A DNA stretch of 64,000 nucleotides from Octopus vulgaris (lineage: Eukaryota). The stretch covers positions 12,338,001 through 12,402,000 of the forward strand of contig OX597823.1 in NCBI GenBank assembly GCA_951406725.2, given 5' to 3'. The notes under the pieces were generated by a model, which saw only the letters and a program-made list of their open reading frames with translations, ran no database searches and was not told where the DNA came from. The translations under genes and the position numbers were made by a program. Positions 39,078 through 52,497 of this stretch are shown here, one piece after another; within the stretch, counting starts at the first letter, position 1, and each line of letters opens with the position of its first letter.

Positions 39078-40285
39078 TTATTTATATACACGTATATGCA
39101 TATGTATATATATGTAAATGTTTTGTCCATGACATTTACAAGCTCTTCGAGAGCGACTGGCGGCGGCAGGAAAAATTCATGTAAGGAGAAAACAGCGGAG
39201 GCAGTCATTCTGTAGACAAACGATTGAAGGTTATTATTGCAAGGCCTTGAATAAGGCGCACAAGATGGAGCGATGAGATGAGGAGAGATGATGTGGAAGA
39301 AATACTCGAGAGGAAATATTAGGAGACAAGTAGCTGATACGAACAAATCATTGTAGCAGAATCAACATAAACAGATAAGTAAAAACCCAGACTGAGACGT
39401 CTCTGCACTAGAGGTTGGAGTGCGTTGGCAAACGATTTCATGCCTTTCTACAGCAGCGTGTTAAAAGTATGTGCTTTGAGATAAATCGTTGAATGACTTA
39501 TTTACATATTTCTCAATGTTTCTGCATAAATATTCTAAATGTAAAGGAAACTTTTATCGCTGTCAGCAAATACGAGATAATAAATAAAAGATCAGTTATT
39601 GAATGTTTGCTACAATGGATTATGTCACTTTTAAGCAACTTTAGTCAAAACATTCATTCGAATATTCACTTGTATAGCTTTAATAGTGGCTTCATTACAC
39701 TTAATATATCGATATCTGTTTGTCTAGATTTATAATATTATTTCTCATTCGTTTGGTGAAATGGCAGAGTTGTTAGAGCGTCATACAACTCAAATATCTA
39801 TTTTAGCTGACTGTACTCTGAATTCTAATCCTACCTACTGATGACGCACTACTTTCTTTTGGTACTTTATTATATCGATGGATGAGTTGCATGGTGATAC
39901 TCGGTGTTGGTGTTCTGAGTGGCACTGTTAACGCGTCTTTCAGTTTAATGACACCATCAGGTTTTCATTATGAGAGGATAACTTTCCGCACTCCTTCCAC
40001 AAAACTCGGAGCTCTGTCTCTCAATAAAAGATAATAATAAAATATAGGATCAAGAATGTTGTGCTTTCTTTGTCATTAAGAAGTAACATGATTGACCAGA
40101 AACAGTGATGCCAGCAAAACCCCCCTTTTCAATCTACTTGACAAAAATGAGCATATTATGGGAGCCAAGAAAGTAGTCTCTACATTCTCATTTGAAATAC
40201 CACCCAAATTTCCTTCAAATCACATCCGCTACCTTAAATAAGAACATATTACTTAACGTAGACATAATTATGCATAAATGCATAT

Positions 40286-40604
40286 GTGGAGGCGCAATGG
40301 CCCAGTGGTTAGGGCAGCGGACTCGCGGTCGTAGGATCGCGGTCTCGATTCCCAGACCGGGCGTTGTGAGTGTTTATTGAGCGAAAACACCTAAAAGCTC
40401 CACGAGGCTCCGGCAGGGATGGTGGTGATCCCTGCTGTACTCTTTCACCACAACTTTCTCTCACTCTTACTTCCTGTTTCTGTTGTATCTGTAATTCAAA
40501 GGGCCTGCCTTGTCACTCTCTGTGTCACGCTGAATATCCCCGAGAACTACGTTAAGGGTACACGTGTCTGTGGAGTGCTCAGCCACTTACACGTTAATTT
40601 CACG
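40286..40604 (+). mobile_element. SINE family C copy (3'-shortened)
   Basis: Matches other copies and stops at CACGTTAATTTCACG. Confidence 0.85.
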
Positions 40605-40644
40605 CATATACAAATGCATATACTTATATGTGTTGATATATATG

Positions 40645-41280
40645 TAAACCAGCTCCCCAGCATTCCAAACATAATTAAGCACCCCAACAATTCATTCCAA
40701 CGAAGAAACCCATACTACGTGCTCCCAACCAGTTTACCCAGGCAATAATACCAGCCTCCCAGTAATTCTAATATAATAAGTAATATAATGCTGATTTAAT
40801 TAATAACAATAATAACATCAATAACAACTTCTATCAACCAAATTACAATAAATATTTTTTAGACCGAGTTGAGAGAAACAGGGACACACGTTAGAACAAA
40901 ACTTACAAAAAAAAAACCAAAGTAATTAACTTATCAAAGAAAACTCTCTCTACAACAAAAGTCAATATACTAGCCAAAGGCTTAAAGTTTACTCCAACCC
41001 TACGAAGATCTAACCTTAATGAAATTAAAGACAATATTTCGGAATTCTGCAGAAAAGTACGACTCGCAGAAACGAAGATGAATCACTGGTCCAAAACAGA
41101 AGTAATTGCCTTCCACATAAGGGTAGGAATAAAACACTGGATGACTTCTGCGAGTATAAATAGGTTTTCAAATAAGTAAACCTTAATATTATCAATAGCG
41201 AAAGCGAAACCGGTCGATATATTAAAAATTATATTAAAACTATGTAAAAGGTGTGTATTTTCCTTTTTTAATTTCTCATA
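40645..41280 (+). mobile_element. Penelope-like element remnant (ORF N-terminus joined to a pLTR end)
   Basis: 40919-41157 reads KVINLSKKTLSTTKVNILAKGLKFTPT...DNISEFCRKVRLAE / GRNKTLDDFCEY, the typical PLE N-terminal motif. Followed by a GCGAAAGC GAAAC CG GTC hammerhead half and (TA)n. Confidence 0.75.
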
Positions 41281-41310
41281 ATATATATATATATATATGT
41301 GTGTGTGTGA

Positions 41311-41344
<34 letters not shown>

Positions 41345-41661
41345 CTGTGTGTGTGTGTGTGTGTGCGTGTGCGTGTGTGCGTGTGTATGAACGTATGTAT
41401 GTTTATATACATTCTAATGTAATAAAAGGTATAGTGTGTCCCTGCTCGTCACGCTGTGTGCATAGAAGAATAAAGCAACAGAAGTGGGTGTGAGTGGTAG
41501 TGAGAGATGCTAAAATGAGCAGCCCACATTTCAAAGCTTTGCTTCGAAGAGGCTAGGGGAGAAGAAGAAAAAACAACACAAACGGAGTGGCAGTGAGTGA
41601 AAGTCAGAGGCAGATAACTGCAGGCGAACTGTAGTGAGTTCTGAATGCACCAGTATTTTAA

Positions 41662-41828
41662 TCTTTACTACTCTAGGCACAACGCCCAAAATTTAGGAGG
41701 AGAGGGCCAGTCGATTAGATCGACCCCAGTACCCAACTGGTACGTAATTTATCGACACTGAAACGATGAAAGACAAAGTCGACCTCGACGGAATTTGAAC
41801 TCAGAACATAAAGACAGACGAAATACAA
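41662..41828 (-). mobile_element. SINE family A, 5'-truncated
   Basis: Reverse complement of the central domain and alternative tail. Confidence 0.75.
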
Positions 41829-42044
41829 TTTCACATACACACACTCACACACACATACACACACATACACACACACACACACACACACATACACACATAC
41901 AGACACACATACACACACGCACACAGAAACACACTCACACAAAGAGGCATATATATTACAATAAAGTGATTCCATCGATCGATGTGTGTTTGTATCTATA
42001 TATATATATATATGAATGTATACTTTGTGGTGGCGTATACATGT

Positions 42045-42076
<32 letters not shown>

Positions 42077-42419
42077 GAGTGTGTGTGAATGTGTATATAT
42101 ATATATGTTGTGTGTGAGTGTGTATATATATATATATAAGTATATATGTATTTTTGTATGCATTTATATGTACTCATATACTCATATATATATATATGCA
42201 CATAAGTATATATATGTGTGTATGTGTGTGTATGCGTTTGAGTATGCGTGTGTGTATACGTGTGTGTGTATGCGTGTGTGTGTGTACTCAAGCATATATA
42301 ATATGGGTAATAGTTGCAATCGAGACGTTACAATCGTCTCTGATTCTTGAAGTGCTTCGATTCTTTGTGTGAACATGTATTTACTATATTTCTCCATTTT
42401 GCTGATGTGCCATTTTCTA

Positions 42420-42808
42420 TCTTTATATATAAAAGTCAAGTTGTGTGTCTGTCTCCTACGATTTAGATTCCTAACTACTCCCACATTTTGCGGTGCAGTT
42501 TAACCAAAACCGGGTATCTTATAGTCGTGATTCATATCGAGCCCTTCTGAGTATTAGCGCGCGTCTACGATGAGTCTACGATTTTAAAAAAGATTTACCA
42601 TCATTTATTTCCATTTTAATGCATTTTTTCGCTATTATATTAGGGAAGTAACTCTCTAAAAATGTCTACGATGAGTCAACGATTTAAAAAAAAAATTTAC
42701 CATAATTTTTTTTTCCATTTTTAATAAATTTTTTTGCTATAACTCTCTAAAAATGCTTATATAGTTATTTCCCTTACAAACCCGAGCAACGCCGGGCGAT
42801 ACTGCTAG
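42420..42808 (+). mobile_element. non-autonomous Helitron, second copy
   Basis: A|TC...CCCGAGCAACGCCGGG...CTAG|T. Internal duplication of the GTCTACGATGAGTC block. Confidence 0.8.
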
Positions 42809-42908
42809 TCATTAATAAAATTGTGTTGATGTACTGTGCCAATTTCTCTCATTAATGAAACTGTCACCATTTTTGCCGACACGTGTATGCTAGTGTGTAT
42901 ATGATAGT

Positions 42909-43290
42909 GTGGAGGCGCAATGGCCCAGTGGTTAGGGCAGCGGATTCGCAGTCGTAGGATCGTGGTTTCGATTCCCAGACCGGGCGTTGTGAGTGTTTAC
43001 TGAGCGAAAACACCTAAAAGTTCCACGAGGCTCCGGCAAGAGATGGTGGCGAACTCTGCTGTATTCTTTCACTACAACTTTCTCTCACTCTTTCTTCCTG
43101 TTTCTGTTGTAACCGAATATCAAAGGGCCAGCCTTGTCGCACACTGTGTGACGCTGAATCTCCCCGAGAACTATGGTAAGGGTACACGTGTCTGTGGAGT
43201 GCTCAGCCACTTGAGCGTTAATTTCACGAGCAGGCTGTTCCGTTGATCGGATCAACTGGAACGCTCGTCGTCGTAACCGACGGAGTGCCA
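42909..43290 (+). mobile_element. SINE family C, full length
   Basis: Matches 17291-17676 end to end. Confidence 0.88.
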
Positions 43291-43521
43291 ACCGCATGTT
43301 CACACACACACGTATATATTATTAGGCATAACAGTGTACATGTATGATACTAACTAGTAATTATGTCCGTTGTGTCTACTAGGTGCATATATTTTCTAAA
43401 CGCATACATACACACATTCACACAAAGGCACACAGACACACACATATACACACACCTACTCACACGTTTGTGGTATAGTCCTGTCGGTCTATTTGTATAA
43501 GTTAGTTTGTTATATTTATAT

Positions 43522-43580
<59 letters not shown>

Positions 43581-44032
43581 CATACCTACACACATACATA
43601 TATATGTATATATTTGTTTGTTCATTGTGTGTGTACGTACGTGTACATGTGTTCGCGTGCCTGTATATGTGCATTTAACCGTATGTGTATATGTATGCAT
43701 CTTTATGCATGCGTATAAAGTGCACATATTTCTTATATCAGTGTGTTAGCGAAAACACCCAATCTTGATAAAAATGTTGATAAACTTTTGCCGCCATTTC
43801 TAACTAAGTTATTTATCCTGGCATCAGCTCTGTTTTATCACCTGATATTAAGACACATTATTATTCTTTTCCTATATCAGTAGTTGAACTTTCTAATCAC
43901 AATATACACCTTGCTTTCTACTATTCTTAATCTCTCTCTTCCTCTCTCTTTCCCTCTCGCCCTATATACATATATATATATATATATTTGTGCATGTGTG
44001 TGTGTGGGCGTATGTGTTTGTGTCTACATATG

Positions 44033-44111
<79 letters not shown>

Positions 44112-44146
44112 GCACATGTATTTATGTATATGGTTACTCATTTATA

Positions 44147-44204
<58 letters not shown>

Positions 44205-44869
44205 TGTACATATATGTATACGTGTTTTATTTGTGTATGTATCTTGTTCTTTATTTTTTTATTTCTACAATTCTTCCTCTCTGCATCTCTCTTTCTGCTT
44301 CCCTCTCTTTTTTTCTTTTTCTTTTTCTTTCTCTCTCCCTTGCTCATTATTACTCTTTATCCTTCAGAATAGCGATTTCTTTCGTCTTTATCTGAATACA
44401 CATACTTTTTTCAATCTCTACTTGCCTGATATATTTCATATATATATATATATATATACATACATATTTTTGCATATACAAATCTATGTTTGTGTGAATA
44501 TGTTATTTTGTTATTATTTATTTAATATTAGTTATTGTTTAGTCTTAGGAAGAAGTACGTGTCCGCCCATATTCTTTTGCAATGCTATCATTTACATTGA
44601 GGAATAGGGGATATCTTGCACATGATTATTTCACGATATTTATTTTTCAGCGCTTGGAGATATGCATTATGGAATTTTCTATGTCGGCTTCACACAGAGG
44701 AAAATATACGATTCCAGTAAACGGCAAATGTGGCCTGTGGTCCTGTTTCAATTATCAAGTGAAATGTTTCCTCCTCATTCATACTCAAAATGACTCTCGT
44801 CAAGGTTTCGTTAACCCTAGAAATAGCCAACCTCCCGTCTATAATGTACTCTATAAATAGTCAACAGTA

Positions 44870-45275
44870 GGCGCAGGAGTGGCTGTGTGGTAAGTAGCTT
44901 GCTTACCAACCACATGGTTCCAGGTTCAGTCACACTGCGTGGCACCTTGTGCAAGTGTCTTCTGCTATAGCCCCGGGCCGACCAATGCCTTGTGAGCAGA
45001 TTTGGTAGATGGAAACTGAAAGAAGCCTGTCGTATATATGTATATATATATATGTATGTGTGTGTTAGTGTGTCTGTGTTTGTCCCCCTAGCATTGCTTG
45101 ACAACAGATGCTGGTGTGTTTACGTCCCCGTCACTTAGCGGTTCGGCAAAAGAGACCGATAGAATAAGTACTGGGCTTACAAAGAATAAGTCCGGGGTCG
45201 ATTTGCTCGACTAAAGGTGGTGCTCCAGCATGGCCGCAGTCAAATGACTGGAACAAGTAAAAGAGTAAAAGAGTA
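44870..45275 (+). mobile_element. SINE family B copy
   Basis: Full length. Confidence 0.9.
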
Positions 45276-45712
45276 TATTTATAATGCAGTCGGCTACATA
45301 TATCCAGTATTTGACCACGTATAAACATAACGCATTGTATTACATACTTGTGAAGTAATCGGCCACATATCTTCAAAGGGCTTATTGCATATCTATAAAG
45401 TAGTGGTCCACGTACGTACAGATTATTCGACCACATATCTATAGATTAATCGATCGCATATCTATAACGTAGTCGATAACATATATGTAAAGTATTCTGA
45501 CACCTCATAAATATTATTAGTTCTGTTACTTGTTGTAATCATTGAACTCCGTCCATGCTGGAGCACTGCTTAGTAGAGTTAATGGAACAAACCAGCGTTA
45601 GCACTTATTATTTGCTTTTATGCCTGCTTCCTGTTCTATCGGATCTTTTGACGAATCGTTAAGTCAGAGGGGTGTAAAGAAAACAACACAAGGTGTCAAG
45701 TATGTACATACA

Positions 45713-46208
45713 TACGTGGTCTGATCGGGACTTTACCATAGTAACGGAGCTAAAACACGCAGAGTAAAGCCTCTTGGTACAGATTGACCTTGAACGCTGT
45801 TGCGCATGTGCACTAAGCTTTAACGTTCTAGCTCACTTCCGCTGTATACATCAGTGCTTGGAAAGAACGTGTGTAGCGTGTGATCGTCGCATTGACCATG
45901 ACAGAGAAAGCTGGCAGAGAATCTGCATGAAATTTTGCCAAAATTTTGCTTAGAGTCCTACGCAAAGAGTGTATATGGAGATGAGTATACTCTTACTCTT
46001 TACTTGTTTCAGCCATTTGACTGCGGCCATGCTGGAGCACCGCCTTTAGTCGAGCAAATCGACCCCGGGACTTATTCTTTGTAAGCCCAGTACTTATTCT
46101 ATCGGTCTCTTTTGCCGAACCGCTAAGTGACGGGGATGTAAACACACCAGCATCGGTTGTCAAGCAATGCTAGGGGGACAAACACAGACGCACAAACACA
46201 CACACACA

Positions 46209-46259
<51 letters not shown>

Positions 46260-47005
46260 GACAGGCTTCTTTCAGTTTCCGTCTACCAAATTCACTCACA
46301 AGGCATTGGTCGGTCCGGGGCTATAGCAGAAGACTCTTGCCCAAGATGCCACGCAGTGGGACTGAACCCGGAACCATGTGGTTGGTTAGCAAGCTACTTA
46401 CCACACAGCCACTCCTGCGCCTATGAGTATATGAGCTGAAAAAATATCGATAGTGGCGAAAGTTCTGGGAGACCCACAACCAGCAGGACTGTGAAAAAAC
46501 ATCGCAGATATGCATGCACTGTAAGGGAAAATCGTCAAATTCCCATCCGATGTGCAGATTAGTTGCATTTCAGTTCAGTCCATTATCACTGAAGATTCAA
46601 TATGAGACGTGTGTCTACCAAGTTTTTGCCAAAACTGCTTTTAGCTGACAAAAGATCTGTCCATTCAGTGCAGCTTGCGTAGCAGTTTTGGGCTAGGCAC
46701 AGCGTTCCCCAGGTCCAACTACCACCATATTCCCCAGATCTCGCCCCTTGCGACTCTTTCCAAAAATCAAATCCCGCTTGAAAGAAAGGTTTCAAGATGT
46801 CGAAGAAATCAAAGTGAGTGGGAGCAGCTGCTGATTATCCCAGAAAACGAGATCCAAGAATGCTTCCATCAATGGAAACAGCGATGGATTAAGTGTGTTA
46901 CCTCCGAAGGGGACTCATTTGAAGGAGATTAAATGCCAAATAGGTACGTGTTGTAGTTTAGTTTTTAATAACATCAGTCCGGATACTTATTGATCATAAC
47001 TCGTA
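45713..47005 (+). mobile_element. internally deleted mariner (DD34D type) interrupted by a SINE
   Basis: Imperfect TA-bounded TIRs. Remnants PPYSPDLAPCD and QWKQRWIKCVTSEGDSFEGD*. Confidence 0.85.
45990..46422 (-). mobile_element. SINE family B copy nested in the mariner
   Basis: 9-bp TSD ATGAGTATA at 45981-45989 and 46423-46431. Confidence 0.9.
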
Positions 47006-47519
47006 CATACATGTACAATTTAATAATCACGCGATTTAAATGTGAGCTACAATAGGTTGCATGCTCTGATATTACAATAGTCGGATGAGCTTGTATAGCA
47101 TGCCTTGTATTATCGCACAATATTTCAGGATAAAAATAAATTATGGTTGTTCTTTGAGAGTAAAGAAACAGAATGAGAAGTAAAAAATTATGTGATAAAA
47201 GGAAACGAGAAAAGTGGCGAAGCGAGATGAAAATTTTGTCCTTTGGTCCATTAGAATGATAAGTATCAAAGGTTAGTATGTGCCTAATGCAGAGAGGACG
47301 CAGTTCTCCAGTTTGATAATAGAAACTTATTGATATGCTTAGTGAAAATTATCAAATCTAAAATTCAGTATCTCGGCAAGTTCTTAGATTTAAAAGGAAG
47401 GAGCTCTTTCGGCTATACAAAGCCTGAACCTCCACGACCTATTAACGTATGGTGTGGATTGATCAACGATCACCTGGTTGATAGAATGCAGGTATCTAGC
47501 CTTCAAGTTCAACATATGG

Positions 47520-48680
47520 CTAGCTAAATAGGTTTTCTTCTTGCTTACGTACCGAAAGAAGACTGGTGGTCGACATATATTTTTAAAGTCACTTTCCCAT
47601 AGAATAATATATGTCTTGAGTTTTTATTGTTGTAAATCTGGTAAGATAGCTTCGTATTTAACTGAGCTAACAACGAGTTGTTGAGTGGTTAAGTATATAG
47701 GTTACTGAATTTACATTTTGGTGATAGTACCTTAAGTGACCTACATCTAACAATCTTTTCCAAGTTGAGGCAGCAACTGTAAGAAACGCTCACTGAACAT
47801 CAATTGAGAAGTTTCTTGTACTTATGGCTATTAGGTAAATGCTTATCTATCAAAGTTCGGAATTTTCTACTGACGTTTGTCTTAAGATCGAAAGAGAAAG
47901 ATAGGGGAACAAATTTTATAATATTTTTAGGGCTAATTGAGGAAATGGGTGAAAGCTACCTTTTTTGAAGCCACTGTCATCCAGGACGTTATTATAGTAG
48001 GATGATGTCATATCGAATATTTTCTTAGGGGAGGCAGGATGAGATATCTTATTACTAGCATTAGCTAAAAGGATTTTAAAGTCGATAGGCGGGTGACAAG
48101 ATTTTATATGTATATCTGTGAGTTTTCCATTATGCCTATTGTAGGGCTTGTAAGAACACAATTTTAGACCAATGACGTGAGAGGAGAACTTAGATTTTAG
48201 TATATCTAATATAAACAAGCCTACTAGATAATAAATATCAGCAATGCCATATCGGTGTATAAGATTAGTAGTTTGAAAATCTTAAGATATCATAACAATA
48301 GCATTAGGAAGACTGTTAAACTACTGCAATTGGCAAATAACAACAATGTCACGAACGGGTTTAGGAATAGAAAAAAGCTAAATTCTCATATCTCGATATC
48401 GTAGATTTTTATTCCTCGATATCGGAACCTTTGCTAGATAAGGTAGTTGACTTCACCGGAAAAAAACCGCCATTGACGAAATAGATCTTGACTTTATACT
48501 GTATGCGTTAAAACCCTCATGAATGTGATGAAAAACATCTGAAACAAGAAATGTTTGATATGTCGATGGGATCGTATAGTAGTGCTGATATTGTGATTTA
48601 GTAGCTCTCTCTTGACTTAAGAAGCACTAAGACCTAACTTTCCTCCCACGACACTGGTCTATACTATGCTAAAAGGTCGG
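47520..48680. mobile_element. degenerate Penelope-like (Naiad/Chlamys-type) RT remnant in two opposite-strand pieces
   Basis: - strand up to ~48180: YKPY...IHIKSCHPP...YYNNVLDDSGF and KTNVSRKFRTLIDKHLP...VSVSYSC. + strand from ~48190: LDIVDFYSSISEPLLDK, MFDMSMGSYSSAD, TGLYY. Confidence 0.7.
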
Positions 48681-49579
48681 AGGTCGGACACAAGGCTCCT
48701 TGCACATAGGAAACACACACACACATTCTCACTCTTTCTCTCTCTCTTTGACACTCACTCATTTTCTCGGATCTTTTCCTTTTGAACGGCAGTTTTCAAC
48801 ACAATTTCTAGTTAACTAAACACTTTTAAACTTCATATACTGGTAGAATGTGTTAAAATAAAACATTTTCTCTCTTGGCTTTCTTAAGAAAATTGTAATT
48901 TGTAAGTTTAACGTAGTTTAAATTTTCGAATTTTAACCAATCTTATGCCTTCTATTGAGCTAAAATCATTTGCTGTGTCTAAAACTGAGACAACATCCTG
49001 TCACTAACCCTAACTCTCTCTCTCTCTCTCTCTCACGCACACACTCACACACACAAACATACACACACAACACGCAACATTAGTTTAACGCTGCCTCTCG
49101 GTTTGACTTTCGTACAGATCTTTCTCTTACAAAACTTGGAATGAAACCCTGACTTCCTTCAACTCCTACTTCATTAGTTTGAGAGTACTTGCAAGAATCA
49201 TGGACTCTACCCCTCCTATAGCAAAAATTATTAGAATGAAATGCTTATTTCTTACTCGTCTCTGTATCTAAATTTATTTATCACGTGTTAACTTTCATTC
49301 CTCTCTTTCCCTCCCTCCATGCTCCAACAGCATTTTATCTAGTTTTATTCTCTCTTACCATCTTCCTCTTTCACTCCACTATCTCACTCTTGCTTCCGCT
49401 CTCCCTCACCTATCTCTCTCCTCAACTTTTCTTCATCATACCTCTGTCTAATTTCATCATAATCTCTGGAGAAACACCCGTCTAAATGAGATTTCCACAA
49501 GCAACTAACACCACTTCCTACCCCACTACTACTAATGCCACCATCACCACCACAAGAACCACCATCACAACTACTACTG

Positions 49580-49639
<60 letters not shown>

Positions 49640-49820
49640 ACCACAACATCAACTCCACCATCACTGCCACAAACACTACCACCACCACCTACAACAGCAA
49701 CAACGACGACGACAAGTACAAGCCAACGAGTGAGCTTCTTAGTTGTCGCTCGTGCTGCAAGAAATAGCAACTAAATCTTCCTCAACTCATATCGCACCGC
49801 CTTTAAAAGTGCCATTTATG

Positions 49821-50003
49821 GTCTTACAGCTCTTTCTGGGATATCCAAGATTATGGAATATTCCGTCATCGGAGACAAATAGGGAAAAGAAGAATGTCCT
49901 CTGTGTCGTCATTTAACTAACCTATACCCTTCTTATCGTCCATATTTGTCTCCAATGACAGAATATCCCATACACTGGGATATCTCAGAGACAGTTGTAA
50001 GAC
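49821..50003. repeat. degenerate fold-back (~60-bp arms), MITE-like
   Basis: GTCTTACAGC...GGAGACAAATA vs TATTTGTCTCC...GTTGTAAGAC. Confidence 0.7.
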
Positions 50004-50087
50004 TTGGAACTTTTCCAATAATAATAACGCATTTGAGATTTTTGTCTTGTCTTAACGTTTGTTGTTCTCTTTAACAATCATCATCAT

Positions 50088-50401
50088 CATTATCATCATC
50101 ATTTAGCGTCCGCTTTCCATGCTAGCATGGGTTGGACGGTTCAACTGGGGTCTGTGAAGCCAGAAGGCTGCATCAGGCCCAGTCTGATCTGGCAGTGTTT
50201 CTACGGCTGGATGCCCTTCCTAATGCCAACCACTCCGTGAGTGTAGTGGGTGCTTTTTACGTGCCACCCGCACAGGTGCCAGACGGAGCTGGCAAACGGC
50301 CACGGACGGATGGTGCTTTTTACGTGCCACTGGCACGGGGGCCAGGCGATGCTGGCAACGGCCACGATCGGATGGTACTTTTTACGTGCCACCGGTACGG
50401 G
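50088..50401 (-). mobile_element. 5'-truncated Ceph/RTE-related SINE with internal tandem units
   Basis: - strand GTTGGCATTAGGAAGGGCATCCAGCCGTAGAAAC block and a (GAT)n tail. GGT(G/A)CTTTTTACGTGCCAC occurs three times. Confidence 0.6.
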
Positions 50402-50432
50402 ATGCATATATATATATGTATATGTATATAAA

Positions 50433-50499
<67 letters not shown>

Positions 50500-50822
50500 A
50501 TAATATTAATAATGAAAGGGTAAAATTAATTAATTAATTATTTAATTAATTAATTAATAATTAATAATTTTACCAAATAGTTCGGTACGTTAAAATAACC
50601 TTTTTAGGTTTTTAAAAAGTGTGTTACTGCCTGGTAGATCTTTATGGTTGTAGAAAAGGCATTTAACTCCTATTTCTAAATTCGGTGCGTGGCGAAGCAA
50701 ATAGCTGACCCCTGATTATAATGATATTTTATGTATATAATTATGTTTCTAATTATAGTATATTGGTATATATATGTATATATATATATATATATGTGTG
50801 TGTGTATATATGTATATACATG

Positions 50823-50876
<54 letters not shown>

Positions 50877-50937
50877 GTATATATACATGTATGTACATAT
50901 GTGTATATAGATATATGTATTTATGTATATATATTTA

Positions 50938-51023
<86 letters not shown>

Positions 51024-51175
51024 TGTATAAAGTCAACAAAACGTGACAGTCCCGTAGAGGGAATTACACCACCGCTATATAGCCCCAGGAAGCATCGACG
51101 CTTCTGTCGGCTTTGACACATTTTCTGTGTCCTTATATTCGCAAAGGGGAGGCAAGCACCAGCTAGGAACAGCAA

Positions 51176-51221
51176 CCTGATTACATGCATGTTTCTGAGT
51201 ATTGCCCTTCATCAGTTCAGG
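51176..51221 (-). ncRNA. type I hammerhead ribozyme (left-arm copy)
   Basis: - strand: cctgaa CTGATGA agggcaatactca GAAAC atgcat GTA atcagg. One stem I mismatch relative to the right copy. Confidence 0.7.
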
Positions 51222-52451
51222 GTAGCGTGTCCTTTTCTCTTTATTATAGGCACAATGGCCTGATTACATAGAGGGGACAAAACAAGACAAAACGGGAACA
51301 TAAAACAAATGATGTATGATTGATGGAGTGATTAATAGTTAATGAGAATGAAGCTGTTCGACTCGCTTCCGCTGTGAGACGAACAATGAATTTCTTCACA
51401 TTAATTCTCAATACCATCGGGTCTCACTGCGAGGCGAAACCGCGATGGTCTTCTTATCAATATCGTAAAATTTATCATTAATTGTTCACATTAGTCTTAG
51501 TATTTTCTTCTTCTATTTTATCCTTTTTTTTCCAGTCGTTACTTTTTCCTTTTTTTTTTTACATATTAAATTTCACGGACAAATAACACAAGTTCAATTC
51601 TCAGTTCATTTGCAGTTCAATTCATATTAAAAAAAAAAAAAACAATTAGTTGCGTTACACTCGTAATTATTCTTACCGTCTACGTTTTTTTTTTCCACAT
51701 TTATTATTGTTACATTAGAGAGAATATAACAGACCAGGACAGTAACACTGAGAGAATATATATGGAAGATATGTTGAGAGCGATGAACCCGCAAAGCGAA
51801 GAAGAAGTGTGGCTGTGGTTTAGGCTCAAAGAAAAGGAACAGATGGAAGAGAAGTATTTGCAGTCGGGAGAAAATTCAGATACACAAACGGAGATGAACG
51901 AAGCAGTAGACTCGAGAAGAGAAACACGAGAAAAGAAAGAGAACGAGAGGAAAAAGAAATGTAACAATAATAAATGTGGAAAAAAAACGTAGACGGTAAG
52001 TATAATTACGAGTGTAACGCAACTAATTGTTTAAAAAAAAAAATGAATTGAACTGCAAATGAACTGAGAATTGAACTTGTGTTATTTGTCTGTGAAATTT
52101 AATATGTAAAAAAAAAAAGAAAAGGAAAAAGTAACGACTGGAAAAAAAAAGATAAAATAGAAAAAGAAAATACAAAGACTAGTGTGACCAATTAATAATA
52201 AATTTTACGATATTGATAAGAAGGCCATCGTGGTTTCGCCTCACAGTGAGACACGATGGTATTGAGAATTAATGTGAAAAAATTCACTGTTCGTCTCACA
52301 GCGGGAGTGAGTCGAACAACTTCATTCTCATTAATTATTAATCACTCCATCAATCATACATCATTTGTTTTATGTTCCCGTTTTGTCTTGTTTTGTCCCC
52401 TCTATGTAATCAGGCCATTGTGCTTATAATAAAGAGAAAAGGAATCGCTAC

Positions 52452-52497
52452 CCTGAACTGATGAAGGGCAATACCCAGAAACATGCATGTATTCAGG
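52452..52497 (+). ncRNA. type I hammerhead ribozyme (right-arm copy)
   Basis: cctgaa CTGATGA a-ggg-caata-ccc-a GAAAC atgcat GTA ttcagg. Intact core, 6-bp stem I, palindromic stem III. Predicted cleavage after 52491. Confidence 0.8.

Noticed and set aside
39120-39440. Possible degenerate RTE 3' end (RTRWSDEMRR)
   Set aside because: Too decayed to support by eye.
40286-40366. tRNA gene candidate (also other SINE heads)
   Set aside because: A/B boxes are present, but it continues into a multi-copy SINE body and lacks a clean cloverleaf.
49004-49014. CTAACCCTAAC telomere-like motif
   Set aside because: Fewer than two repeats; insufficient evidence for an interstitial telomere.
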